Source of the DNA: Octopus sinensis
Lineage: Eukaryota
NCBI RefSeq assembly: GCF_006345805.1
Contig: NC_042999.1
Span: 30,256,001-30,320,000, forward strand
Length of the DNA: 64,000 nt
Direction: 5' to 3'
The translations under genes were made by a program, and so were the position numbers. The first letter of the stretch is position 1. Each line of letters opens with the position of its first letter. Shown piece after piece: positions 42,038-55,699 of this stretch. The notes below the pieces were generated by a model. That model made no database searches. It worked only from the letters and a program-made list of their open reading frames with translations, and was not told the DNA's origin.

Positions 42038-43825
42038 GTGACATAATCTACTTGGACACTCCACTATGGATAATCTTGAGACAATATAGATTGATGGCGT
42101 AACACGGCAGCAATTCTTCAATAAACGGAACAGCTTAACATTAATGTGTAGAAAAGTGAGAAGAGGTCTACAGTGAATACGTATAGCATATAATATGTAT
42201 TTCAGAGCTATAGACCATTAGCGTCGTTTCTTCAATTTCTTTGAATATGGTATATCAATCTTCATTTGTATCAGCTGCAAAAATAAAGATAATCGATATC
42301 AATACGTTCTTCATAAAAATATCATCAGTAGAGTAGTCGAACTTACAAAGCGTCTCGATGAAAGTGGTGCCTTGTTTTACGTTCTGATATTTATGAACGG
42401 AAACATGAATGAAGCTTTCTGTATAAATAATGATTCTTTGGAAAACCAATCATTACATTCCATTAGGCCAAGAGAGGATTAGATATATGCATTATGAGGT
42501 CGGTGCGCCGAAATGACCATTGATATATTTTATTATTGCTTTTGAGATACATAAGATAATGAAATGCATCAGTTTGAATAGATAGGTCTTGAGCTATGCT
42601 CAGTCATCGTCAATATGCACATTCAATAGAAATAATGCTATATCAAACCTATCAATAAATTAAGCAGTTTAGCTTTAGGGCTAGCTCTTAAATAAATGAA
42701 TTTGTTGTTGCATTTGTGCATCGAATTAACAAATAAATGCTATCATATTTGGTGTGAGAATATATCGCCAAGCATCTAAAAGACATAATAGCAGTTGATA
42801 TAAAAATAATAAGGAAACTGACCTTGAATGCTGTCCTTGAAATTGTTCTTATTGAAAACGTCCCTTTAAGAAGTGTAATCGTAGCCAAGGAAGTCACGTT
42901 TGCAAATGTTCTAATACACATGTAGTTGTTAGATTAGATAGAAACAGCTAAATTCAGCTTGATACGTAATTCATAGCTGATATATAAAATAAAAATATGA
43001 ATGTATAATTTCTCGAGTGTGAGAGCACGTACGTTTACCGTGTGTATACGCGTTCGTTTCTTCCTTTTAGAGCGTTAACATTCTGTGGGAGAATAGAAAT
43101 GTTTTAAGATAATATTTTAATTTCGAAACTAAGAACCTGCAATTAATATGTTCGAAAAGAACATTGGGATACAGGTGCAAGCTTAAGAGCTATTCTCAAT
43201 GTCGAACTTCGTACCAAATCATAAAAATATGATAATTTTACCCATAAAGTCTAATGCATATACAGCATATATATGTGCGTGAGTGTATGAGTGTGAGTGT
43301 GTGCATGTGTTAGAGCGAAAAAAAATTTATACATTTCTGCAATACTTTCCGGTTGCAGCGTCAATCAGAAGGCATACTAAATGAGATCGATGAAATGCCA
43401 GAACAGTATTGATCTGGCTATCTACCTTCTCGTTCATCTCTGAGCTCAAAACACACCATAGCATCCTTCGACGATAGATTTAATCCACTCACCAGTTTCC
43501 TATTGCTGCGTGTCAAATTTGGGTATTTTGCAGGCGTCCAAACTTTCGCAAGGTTTTGGTCCAAGACACGAGTTCATGATGCTATATTCCTTTCCTCTTA
43601 TCAGAAATGTTGATCCTGTAAAGTGTCACGGAAACTGTTCACTCAGGGACTAAACGAGAATGCATTGACATCGTGATTCATTCTTTTAACATTAACAAAA
43701 TATGAATGTACCATATTTGTGCATTGAGTAAGAGAGAGAGAGAGAGAGAGAGAGAATTTGTTTCTAATACACACACATATATATATATATATATATTCTA
43801 TATATATATAATATAATATATATAT

Positions 43826-43857
<32 letters not shown>

Positions 43858-43863
43858 ATTGTT

Positions 43864-44738
43864 ATATTTCGGAATGGCATATTGCCAGTTAGCCAATAAA
43901 AACACATGCACTATATATTTGGTGTTATTTTGCTTAGTTTTATTTATTTTTTACATTAATCTTAATCTTATTTCGGCCAGAGTTCTTTCGTCACACTCCT
44001 GTGACGGCATCAGTGGTCCTTTGATTTCTTCTTTCTTATTTGTGTCTCTCTTTACTAACTGTCAGCCATTCTGAATTTTCTATTGTATGTCTTGATTTGC
44101 GCATGCTTATATCACTATGTGCGTCTATGTTTATTTATTGGGTGTATGTGGGGGGATGCATGTAATATTTGTATCTTCTGTTTATATATGTTCATGTAAT
44201 TTGTATTTTGTTTTTGTTGGTTTTGTTTATTCTTATTTTGTTCATGTGTTTACATCCACTTATTATTATCATTACATATGCTTGTATGTATGTATGTATG
44301 TATAACAACAATACTAGTAATAACAATAATAAATCGAATCGAAAAAAGAAATGTCATGATGATAATAAGTGGATGTAAACACATGAACAAAATAAGAATA
44401 AACAAAAACAACAAAAACAAAATACAAATTACATGAACATATATAAACAGAAGATACAAATATTGCAGGCATCCCCCACATACATAGAGTTATAAGCATG
44501 CGCAAATGAAGACATACAATAGAAATACAAATTGGCTGACGGTTAGTAAGGAGATACACAAATAAGAAAGAAGAAAACAAAGGACCACTGATGCAGTCAC
44601 AGGAGTGTGACGAAAGAACTCTGGCCGAAATAAGATTGAGATTAAAGTAAAAAATAAATAACCATGAAGCAAAATGACACCAAATATATAGTGCGCGTGT
44701 TTTTATTGGATAAACTGGAAATATGACCATCCGAATTA
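43864..44738. mobile_element. Tail-out fold-back of a pLTR-like element with ~0.4-kb inverted arms
   Basis: Arms 43864-44272 and 44356-44738 are co-linear reverse complements; HHR-like motif in each arm; preceded by (TA)n. Confidence 0.88.
44582..44626 (+). ncRNA. Hammerhead-like motif with core insertion (mirror at 43975-44019)
   Basis: GGACCA CTGATG-C-A GTCAC-AGGAGT-GTGAC GAAA GAAC TC TGGCC. Confidence 0.6.
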
Positions 44739-44801
44739 TAACAATATCTGTTTCAACACACGCTTCACATAAAAAATCTTGCACAACAAATATTTAAACG
44801 T

Positions 44802-44857
<56 letters not shown>

Positions 44858-44991
44858 CATTGTCCATAACCGTATAATTTATCACAATAATCACGCTACT
44901 CGAAAAAGGTCTACATAAATGTCTAAAAACGCTAAGTGTTTGCTTCTTCCATGATTATGAGTAAGTGTTTCATATATTTCTTTGCTGCATT

Positions 44992-45044
44992 TATCACTGA
45001 TGAAGGGAGGGTCCTTACGAACTAACCCTGAAATCGGTCCGATA
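44992..45044 (+). ncRNA. Canonical-core minimal hammerhead between ~58-bp inverted repeats (44857-44914 / 45075-45132)
   Basis: TATCA CTGATGA AGGG..CCCT GAAA TCGG TC CGATA; GUC triplet; one mismatch at the base of stem I. Confidence 0.7.
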
Positions 45045-45271
45045 TGGTAATAGCGGAATTTAAAAAAAAATTCAGTCGACGTTTTTCGAGTAGTGTGCTC
45101 AATGTGATAAAATATATGGTTATGGACAATGTGTCTAGTTTCAGCATATTTGGCATTAGACATTTTTTCGTTCCCTCTTAATTATAATTTTTTATAATTT
45201 TAACCTGTAAAGGTATTTTCTAATATACTGGCCATTGAAAAAACATTTTTCGAAAATAAATTTATCTTACA

Positions 45272-45329
<58 letters not shown>

Positions 45330-45819
45330 CAAAATAAGAAACAGGATATCAAGTAGTAATACAGTACGGCCGTTTGAAGCAATTCCATTTACTTGAACAA
45401 TGCAATGATTACATCAATTTAAATTTTGTAATATTACTGGTGTTATTGCACGTATGAATTTTTAGTTTCTAGTGGGTGGGATTCAGTCGAAAGGAGACTA
45501 ACAAATAGTCACTACATGTATGCCTAATATCATCAGTAAGGAAGAACATCAGAGAAAGGAATATAGTATGTTCCCCGAAATAGGATGAATTCACAGTAAC
45601 TAGGCGGCGGCTATCGTTGGATAATATTACATATATCACACCACATAACACAACATATTGCTTATAAGGTATGTAACGCAATATAATGCAACATATAACA
45701 TAATATCACATGATTTTTTTAAATATTCAATACTGGAGGCTACGTTTATATTATATATTATATATATATATATATATAATATATATATATATATGTATAT
45801 CTGTGTATATATATGTATA

Positions 45820-45933
<114 letters not shown>

Positions 45934-46569
45934 ATATACATATATTCATACATGAATATGCATTTATATATAATATATATATACATATATATACATATAT
46001 ATACGCGCGCACAAACATATAGAGTCTGTCGTTGGGTTAGTTGCCAAAATCTTCGAAGTTAATCTCAATAACATTCTTATATATCAATGATAAATATGTA
46101 CTCTACAAATGTATAGGGTAACTCATCACAATTAGCGCCAAATAGTTTCAATAACTGAAGCTAAAAAAAAAAAACATTAATGCATATACATAAAATTTAA
46201 TACAAGGGAAATAGTGTCTTCTATGCTAGGCACATGAAATTTCGTATTACATTTCCATTATCAAATAACATAAACAGTGAATAATTTAGAAATAAATATG
46301 TTGCAAAATTATAGTTTTCTGCTTGGGCCTAGTGTATTCCTTTCGTGCGACTAACTGTACATATTGTTAAATATGAAGCACAGCTCATGGTTGTGAAATT
46401 ATTCACAATAATCAATAGTTTTAATGTAGAAAAATATAGGCTTATTCTTAGTCCCATTCAGTGCTCAAATACATATAAAATAATATAAAATTGCACTAAA
46501 TACTGGGGTATATATTCAAATTAAAGCTATATACTAACAGTTTCTAATTTTGACACAAGATAGGCAGTA

Positions 46570-46690
46570 CGTCGGTACATCAAATCCAGTGTTCAACTGG
46601 TACTGATTTTATAGATACGGAAACAACTAAACGCAAAATTGCCCTCAGCAGAATTTCAAACCAGAAAGAATAGACGGACAATTCCCCTAG
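46570..46690 (-). mobile_element. SINE family A, highly degenerate
   Basis: ccagtg..aactggtact..cctcagcagaatttcaaaccagaa. Confidence 0.5.
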
Positions 46691-47527
46691 CTTTCCTTTC
46701 GTCAATTCATATCAAAATAAGGACTAAATTTTAGCTGAAATGAAATGAAATGGCTAGATATGCATTTGAGAACGTGCATGTATGTGTGTGTATGTCCTTG
46801 TGCGTGGGTGTATTTGTGCTTGAGTGTGTTTATGCATTTGCGTGTAGGTCTGTTTTTATATGTGAGAACGTGCCTGACCGGTGTGTGTGTGATTTCCCTA
46901 TCTCGCATAACATTTCTAAATTTACATAGCTGCGTGATTTAATTTCTCTTTCAAGCAAATTCTTACTCTGTGTAGAAGCTCACTGGGTATTTCTAAGGAT
47001 GACTTTTACAGAAAAAAAAACCACATTAGATCTTCTTTTAAGGTATCATTCCCTTCTGAGTACATATTATATTTTTGGAGAAAAGATAGGACTAAGATGT
47101 CGCTATTGCATTAGAATACAGTATTTTAAAATTTGTATAACGTCACCTTTACAGTATTTAGGAGATTTTGTGGAAATAACTTAGGCAGTAATACAGTAAC
47201 TGCCTGCCAAAATGTAGAATTGGGAGAACTATGAACACATGAGTAGGATATTTAAAAATTTTATTCAATTAGTCTAAAATTACTTACGTATGAATATAAG
47301 ATTGATGTTTATCCTCTGCCGAGATTTATTATACATATATTCATGTGAATATATAAGTTGACACAGGTAACAACTTGATATACGATATAAATACAGTGTT
47401 GGTATAAAAGAGGAATATCTACTCAAAAAGAGTGAAATCAAGAAAAGAGTAAACACAACATACAATTATATATGCATATATATATACATGTATATAATAT
47501 TATATATATATAATAATATAAATATAT

Positions 47528-47609
<82 letters not shown>

Positions 47610-47623
47610 TATGTATATAATAT

Positions 47624-48254
47624 ATTATATAAAAGGGCTTAGTAAAATAATTACTTTGCCGCATACTGAACTCATTAGAAATAGTAGCTAAAAAACTTTT
47701 TTAAAACTATTTCTAATACTTAAAGAAAACCTCTCTCATATAGTGTTTGCTCAATTCAACTCACGAAAGTAGGGGTAAAGACATTAAAAATCAAATGCAA
47801 AGGTATTTGAGAACGTACGTTTCAAGATTAGTCAACTCGAATTTCTATCATCAGCTCAGAACTCCTTGGTTTGGATTTGAAAACACTGAAAGTGGGAGCA
47901 TACCCTTTCGGCTTCTTATCGCTTCTGAAGATCTGCTCGAACTAACAGTGCCAGCAAACTCAAATATGCAAGCGAAGAATTTCTGCTCTCCCCTTTCCAC
48001 CAGCGTGGGTTAAAATCAGTAAACACTATGCTTTTTTCGGTAAAATCCGAGGCATTAAATAGAGAGAGATGAATTATAATTTCAACAATTGAGGGTAAAA
48101 TTAATTAATTATTAATCAATTTCACCAAGTATTCAGTATGCAAAGGGACCTTTTAAGGCGAATTCAATTATTACATTATATAAAAGGGCTTAGTAAAATA
48201 AATTACTTTGCCGCATACTGAACTCATTAGAAATAGTAGCTAAAAAACTTTTTT
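47624..48254 (-). mobile_element. Non-coding element with 79/80-bp direct terminal repeats and internal hammerhead (retrozyme-like or tandem pLTR)
   Basis: 47624-47702 and 48175-48254 identical except one A indel (offset 551); flanked by (TA)n. Confidence 0.85.
47808..47858 (-). ncRNA. Canonical-core minimal type I hammerhead
   Basis: Minus: TGAG CTGATGA [TAGA..TCTT, imperfect stem II] GAAA CGTACG TT CTCA; palindromic stem III ACGTACGT. Confidence 0.7.
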
Positions 48255-48264
48255 GTATATATCT

Positions 48265-48309
<45 letters not shown>

Positions 48310-48628
48310 TATGTATATTATATATGTATATATATATATATGTATATTTATATTGTATATGTATATGTATATATATATTTTATATTTTTTATTTTATCTA
48401 GTTTCAGCTCACGAGCTGTAGCTATGCTGCCGCACCGCCATTAGATATACATATATATATGTATATATATATATATATATACATATATATACTATATATA
48501 TATATATATATATATATCAATATAATATATATATATCAATATATATATATATATACAGATAGATATAAATATATATATATATGTATATATATATACATAC
48601 ATACACACATATATATAATGTGTGTATG

Positions 48629-48662
<34 letters not shown>

Positions 48663-49209
48663 ATGTATATACATACACACGTATATATATATATGTATAT
48701 ATATTGACATATGAAATTTTACGATGCTATAATATAATGCTTCCACATTCTTACTGTCATATATGTTGCCTTTTTTATATCTGAACAAATGAGGTAGTTT
48801 ACTCGCAATCTCATATTTTATATTTTGTGTCACGCCAATGTAAACCTTATACAAATAATGGTTCTATACATACCAATAGCACACACTATATACACTGAAC
48901 ACATGGTGGGTAAAATCATTACTATGAAATTGATATGAATTTTATGATGTGAAAAACAAAACAAAATGACAAAATAGGTGGAAATATTACTAAGGTTCGT
49001 GAATATTGTAAAAGTACATAACAATGAAAATCTATTAAATGAAAAATAAATTATTGTTGCCAAATCACCTTTAAATCACTCAGTACAATTTTTTGAATAG
49101 AAAAATGTAACTTTTGTTTCAAAATATATTGCACAATAGCAAGCAGGGCTCCTGTGATTATAGATGTGCGTAAAGATTGCACATCTGGTACTAAGTTAAA
49201 ACAAGAGCC

Positions 49210-49440
49210 ACTACTACAACTTTCCCTACAGCTAATACTGCTACCACCACTACTACTGCTACCACCACCACCACCATCACCACTACTACTACTACTGCTA
49301 CTACTACTACTACTACTACTACTGCTGCTGCTGCTGGTGCTACTGCTACTGCTGCTACCACCACAACTACTGCTACTACTACTACTGCGCTACTACTGCT
49401 GCTGCTGCTACCACCACCCCCAATACTACTACTACTACGT
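49210..49440. repeat. Compound (CTA/CTG/CCA)n microsatellite
   Basis: Direct reading; source of the poly-Leu/Pro ORF. Confidence 0.9.
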
Positions 49441-49795
49441 TATCGTGGGTGTAGCGTACTCTTTTGATAGAGCTTAACGGTATAGATATGTAAAGGCATA
49501 TGCTGGATTTCAAACACTGAAGAACTGCACACATTAATTAGCATATCTGGAAATAGAATGTAAGCAATAAGTTCGGAACAGTTACAATATGGTGTCTACT
49601 ATGTTACCAGGAATGCAAATGCGTTTAATGAAATATTGATATTCTGCAATTAATTGCTTTCATGTTCACTTCATACGAGTACATATGACTTGTTTTGGAA
49701 ATATTGTCAGAGCGGTCTTCCAAGTCTTTAGCGTCCAGGTACAGAAGACATACGTTGAACATGACAATTTAGTTTGACAGCCGAAAAAGCTCTCT

Positions 49796-49852
<57 letters not shown>

Positions 49853-49857
<5 letters not shown>

Positions 49858-50143
49858 TCAGAGATAAAATCACTAATAGGCAACTCGAACAGTGATAGAC
49901 ATAAACCAAAACATAAAAAAAAAAATATATATATATAATTACTATAAAAATTGAAAAAATAAAAAATATAAAAATATAAAAATTTATAAATATAATTTTA
50001 TAAATTTTAAATTTTAACAATTTAAAATTTTATAGGTTATATATATTCCATATTATATTAATTATATTTATTCTTGTTTTTTATGTTTTTGTTTAAGTCT
50101 ATCACTCTTTGAGTTGCTTAATAGTGGTTTTATCTCTAATTTA
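49853..50143. repeat. Inverted repeat, ~70-bp diverged arms around an A/T-only spacer
   Basis: agagataaaatcacta..gcaactc..agtgatagac versus gtctatcact..gagttgc..tagtggttttatctct. Confidence 0.8.
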
Positions 50144-50229
50144 ATTCATATTTATACTGTGAAATTTGATTTAATCCTAAATCTAATTTTTCTATGTAAC
50201 TTTGGCCATACTCCCTAATATTATCATTA

Positions 50230-50295
<66 letters not shown>

Positions 50296-50326
50296 ATGTG
50301 TGTGTGGTGTTGTGTGTATGTGTGTG

Positions 50327-50366
<40 letters not shown>

Positions 50367-51949
50367 TTTAATATGTATATATGTGTGTGAGTTTGTATGT
50401 GTGTGTACATGTCCATACTACACATATATTCCCTTTCTACATCTCTTCAAAATTGTATTAATTACTATTTTTTCTCTTCGTCTCTAGATATACATTACCT
50501 ACCTTGTATTAGCCCCGCCCTAACTAGCAAAACGTGTGACATTCCTTAAGACATTTTGCGTGATACGAAAATAATTTACTTATATTTCTAATATAACTGT
50601 CGATTTTATATGCAACTATGTTAGCGCTTACCGCTTTGTAAGTCCGACATTCAGGTCCCACGTGCACTACTTCAATTTTGTGTAACAAGGTATGTTATCA
50701 TGTTTTCTTCTTGTCTCTTGCGATCAACAACATTTCCCCTCTAGCAACTGTATGTTCCACTTATTGACCATGCTATAGTATAAGATATTGTTATACATTC
50801 AATCTGAATGAATGTGGAACTTCTGCTGTTCCCCACAAAATTCAGAACGTTTGGTGAATATTATAGGTCAAAGAATCGGTCAATATTCATAAGAATATAT
50901 CATTGACTAAATTATACTGCTGACAGTGAGGTTGTAACAGATCACCTGGGAGTCATAAAGAGATCTTGTAGACATGAACTTCAAAATTTTGCAAAACTTA
51001 AAACTGAAAATAGAACAATAAAATTACGACGAGAGATATTCTGAAAACAAACTGTCTACTATGACAAACCACTGTGCATAAAAGACGTTTATGTCAATAA
51101 TACTTGATATTTATGTTTCTACATGTAAATAGGATTCATAATTTTGATTTTAGTATCATTTTATATATCCATAGTTTATTGCTGAATTAGGCTTGAAGAT
51201 ACAATCTAAATCTAAGTCTGGAAGATACAGACTAAATCTACCCGTAAACGTCTTTTAAACATCTTTCCAATAATAACATTTAAATAGTGAAAAATAGTTT
51301 CCATCTCGTTAGTTTACTAGGGTCAAGGAATATGTGAACCAGAGAATTCGCTATGCAAATAATTACATTCATAGCTGTATAAGAGAGGTTAATATTTTGA
51401 GCAGAGATATACATAAAATACGGGAAAATGGTTAAACTGAAGATAAAAAGCTCTGCTATTTTTGATGTAACAGAATTTGTCAACATATCTGTGAACTTAA
51501 TCATGTTCATATTTTCCATTTACAACACGCACACCAAGTTGGAAAGTATAATAAGGCACTGTGGTATATGCATAATGCTGCCAGATGTACAACCTTCCAC
51601 TGCTAAGGGGAAGACATCAAGAGCAGGATACAGAGCATGCATAGCAACCGATTCTCCTGTATAACAGAATTTTCTACTTTTTACCTCTCAGACATCGGTG
51701 AGTCAATGAAGAGATCAAGAGAGAAATGGAAAATGAAGCCAAACTCACATGATGTTACTTAAGTAATCTATATCACCAGTGTATTTGTTCCGATGAATTA
51801 ATTTCTTACATATTATCTCCACATATAACAATTATATTCTTAACGGTATAAGTGATACGCTTACTGGCTATAATAACAATAATATCAATGATAATGATCA
51901 CTCCTTAACTAAGAATATTAAGAGTAATATGACTTGTTATTGGGATCCT

Positions 51950-52800
51950 CGGAAATTGAAGGGTTAAAACTGTAGTCTACGAATGCAAGGTTACTTCCAA
52001 AGTAAGGACATTTTCTATGCTGGCCCTTGCTCCACTGAGATAAAAGAAAACGCATAGCTGAATATATTTCTACATTTGAATATATTAGCAAACTTAATAC
52101 TACAGGTCTTAGCAAACTAATATGGCATCTCAAAGACTCTAATAATGAATTTACTTCAGACTGGAGAATTTTGTCAACATCGTTGCCTTATGATGAGAGC
52201 AAATATTTGTTCCCTCTTTGTACGGATGAACAACTGTTTATACTCTTTACCCAAACATATACTTATCAACAACTATAAAGAACGTGTTGACAGGTGTTTA
52301 CATTGGATAAAACACACTTTCAGCGATTTCAAATTATATCAATTCTGTCGTGGCGAAAATTATCTGTAATTTTCACTCTATTCTTTTCAGTCAACACATC
52401 TTATTCTATTCTTTCCGCTATCGTTTCTATCCATTTGTGATTCACTTTCTATTTACACGGTCTTCCATTTCATATTTAATTTTCTTTCTTTCTTTCTTCG
52501 CCTCCTCCCACGATTTATGACGTCAAGTTTCTTTACGTTTTAAAAATTACTACCGTTCTCTACCCACCTTTTGTTTTTATATATTATAAATTCTTACATT
52601 TGTAAACATGGCTTACTAATGAACAATGTTATTTATAATTTTCACCCACATGAGGTTGATACATTATTCCACTTAATTTTTTCCACCGAAAAACTGTATT
52701 AGAGATTTTGCACTTATATAAATCACAACATTGACCATTCCATAAATAGTTATATACATTTCATTTGAAAGATATCGTTATGCACATTCTCCTTAGTCAT
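51950..52800 (+). mobile_element. Decayed PLE 3' fragment related to the 55.7-kb element
   Basis: VVYECKVTS..TTGLSKLIWHLKD..WRILSTSLPYD..LC..NNYKERVDRCLHWIKHTFS aligns by eye to SIYQC..STGLSKLIWNLKD..WLILSISIPYD..LC..RCKHWQKYTFS. Confidence 0.85.
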
Positions 52801-53127
52801 ACGGCAAACAGGTGAAACGCACATCTTTCAAAAGTACTTGTCACCTTTCTCAAACTATTGTTACAAGAGAGACAAATATTCTCATATTCAGTATTTAGAG
52901 AATGTATGTAACTTCACAAAAAAGTGACGTTTCCCAGTAACTTATAACCATTCTTCGGGTGATTCATCAAGGAATAATAAAATATTAACCCTTATAATAT
53001 TCTTTCAAATATTATTCTCGGCAAATTTTGAAATATCTTGGTATCGCGATTGCTAATGATTGGAAATCATGTTCCACTTGCTTATACGTTTAGTTTATAT
53101 ACAAGTGTGTGTGTGTGCATGTATGTA

Positions 53128-53160
<33 letters not shown>

Positions 53161-53192
53161 ATATGTATATATATATATATATTATATTATAT

Positions 53193-53238
<46 letters not shown>

Positions 53239-53239
53239 C

Positions 53240-53340
<101 letters not shown>

Positions 53341-53560
53341 GTAGATATATATATATATATATATATAGATAGATGTAGATATATATATATCACCACTAAC
53401 ACCACTGCTAAGTACACCAGTTGATTAACCACTGTAGAGGAATTCGACTGGTCAATGGTAGTCTACTCCGAGACCTAACTCAAGCATTAATGGGCGTAAA
53501 TCTAACTATACACACACATGCGCGTTTATATACGTGCACACACACACACATACACACACG

Positions 53561-53601
<41 letters not shown>

Positions 53602-53622
53602 ATGTATATATACATGAATATA

Positions 53623-53900
53623 GATGAAATGTTTAGAAAAACCAAAGACGAATTCAGGCGTATGAACAACAAACTGGTGTGTTAGTTTGACGCGCGAGAA
53701 AAGGAAAAGGACTTTTACGTTTCGAACCTACGCTCTTCAACTGAAAGGAATAGGAGATAATTAACAGAGAGAAAATGAAAAAGAACCTGTATATTTAGCG
53801 GTCAAGCATAGTGACTGATTAGAAGTTTGAAAATAGAGGTTGGGGGAAAGTGTTATGATAAAGTAAAGTTGATCCCTCATAAAGGTGCGCGTACAAGTGT
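53623..53900 (-). mobile_element. Solo pLTR-like copy homologous to 37306-37600, with HHR-like motif at 53712-53747
   Basis: Shared aaagacgaa..ttttacgtttcga.cctacgctcttc; minus: CTTT CAGTTGA-A GAG-CGTAGG-TTC GAAA CG TA AAAG. Confidence 0.75.
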
Positions 53901-55131
53901 GTGTATGTAAGAATGCTGGGCGTGAACGTGTGATTTCTTGCATGCGAATAGGGGCTAGTAACTGAGACGTGTGGGGGTATTTGTATGTGTGTATGCGTCT
54001 GTAACATGTGGCAGCTCATATAGTGGTATGAGTGGTGACGCTATGCAAGATTGTACATAAATATATGCATATATAAATATCCACATACATATATTATGAT
54101 ATCAAGCGACGAAATATCATTGGTTGAAAATCAAATTTGTATTATCCTGTAGATTGTATATAAAGAAATTTGAAATAATGTATATTCAATGTAGATGACT
54201 GTATTTTCTACGGAGTAAATTTGTCTATAAAATAATGATACGTTATTTTTTTCCAACAATATTTCGTGAATCCAATTATTCATTCGTCGAAAGTTTTTTT
54301 TTATTTCCTTCTTTAATTCTCTCTCATTCGAGAATGATAAACAGCATTTTCGAAAGTAAAAGCAAAATAGAATAGACAAAATAAACATAGCAATGTATTT
54401 CCATGCATTCAATAAATTTCTCACTCACTTTTGTACTTTAAATTGAAGTATAATAAAAAAAAAAAGCCACAGCAACAAAAACAGACGGATGTATTTTCTC
54501 TTACTTTCTAGCTTATTGCTACTTTATTTTCTCTTGCATTCTTTATCAGCTGTAATTTATTGGTGGAGCTGAAACAAAGCAATTTATATTAATTCTATTG
54601 TTATTTAATTTTGTTTATGGGGATATTTTACTTTTTGTTTTAAGTTAATAGTATTTTTTCAGCTCTGAAACAATGAAATAAGACTAAAGGAAAATTATAG
54701 AAACCAATCTAAATCGAAAATATTTAGCTACTTAAGATATAACAGAATCGTATGTTACTTTTTCTTTATATGCATTATTTGTGAGACTGTTGTAAGTAAG
54801 CAACGTTTGATATAATATCGTTTATTACTTACCTATTCCAACAGAGAAATTGGTAGGAAAAATTCTATGAAATTGAGGAACACTTCTAATTTTATACATA
54901 GTTTCAAGTAGCAATATATGTCATGATTTGTAGATTTCAAATTTTAGTAAAGGTTTTCCCAAGAAAATTTTAATGTCTCCTGCTTTTATTACCTTCCATA
55001 GATACGTTCTAGTATCAACAAGTACGTACCCGCTACACGTTATTTGATAGAGCTTATATTCAAGAAAAGGTTTAACAAACATTCATTATACAAATATATA
55101 TAATACACAAATACATACGTACATATGATGT

Positions 55132-55177
<46 letters not shown>

Positions 55178-55190
55178 ATATATATATATT

Positions 55191-55224
<34 letters not shown>

Positions 55225-55230
55225 AATATG

Positions 55231-55265
<35 letters not shown>

Positions 55266-55273
55266 TGTCTTTT

Positions 55274-55479
55274 TTCTCTTTTACTTGTTTCAGTCATTTG
55301 ACTGCGGCCATGATGGAGCACCGCCTTTAATCCAGCAACTCGACCCCGAGACTTATTCTTTGTAAGTCTAGTACTCATTCTATCGGTCTCTTTTGCCGAA
55401 CGCTAAGTGACGGGGACATAAACACACCAGCATCGGTTGCCAAAGATGTTGGATGGGACAAACACAGACACACAAACTT

Positions 55480-55528
<49 letters not shown>

Positions 55529-55684
55529 ACGGGCTTCTTTCAGTTTCCGTCTACCAAATACACTCACAAGGCTTTGGTCGGCTAGAGGCTATAGTAGAAG
55601 ACACTTGCCCAAGGTGCCACGCAGTGGGACTGAACCCGGAACCAAGTGGTTGGTAAACAAGCTACTTACAACACAGCCACTTCT
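55274..55684 (-). mobile_element. SINE family B, full length
   Basis: Reverse complement of 18352-18750 along its whole length. Confidence 0.9.
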
Positions 55685-55699
55685 GCGCTTATATATATA

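Noticed and set aside
52921-52965. Fourth CCGAAGA..GAAACGTC motif on the minus strand
   Set aside because: Stem I does not pair and stem II is weak; not counted as support for the U4C finding
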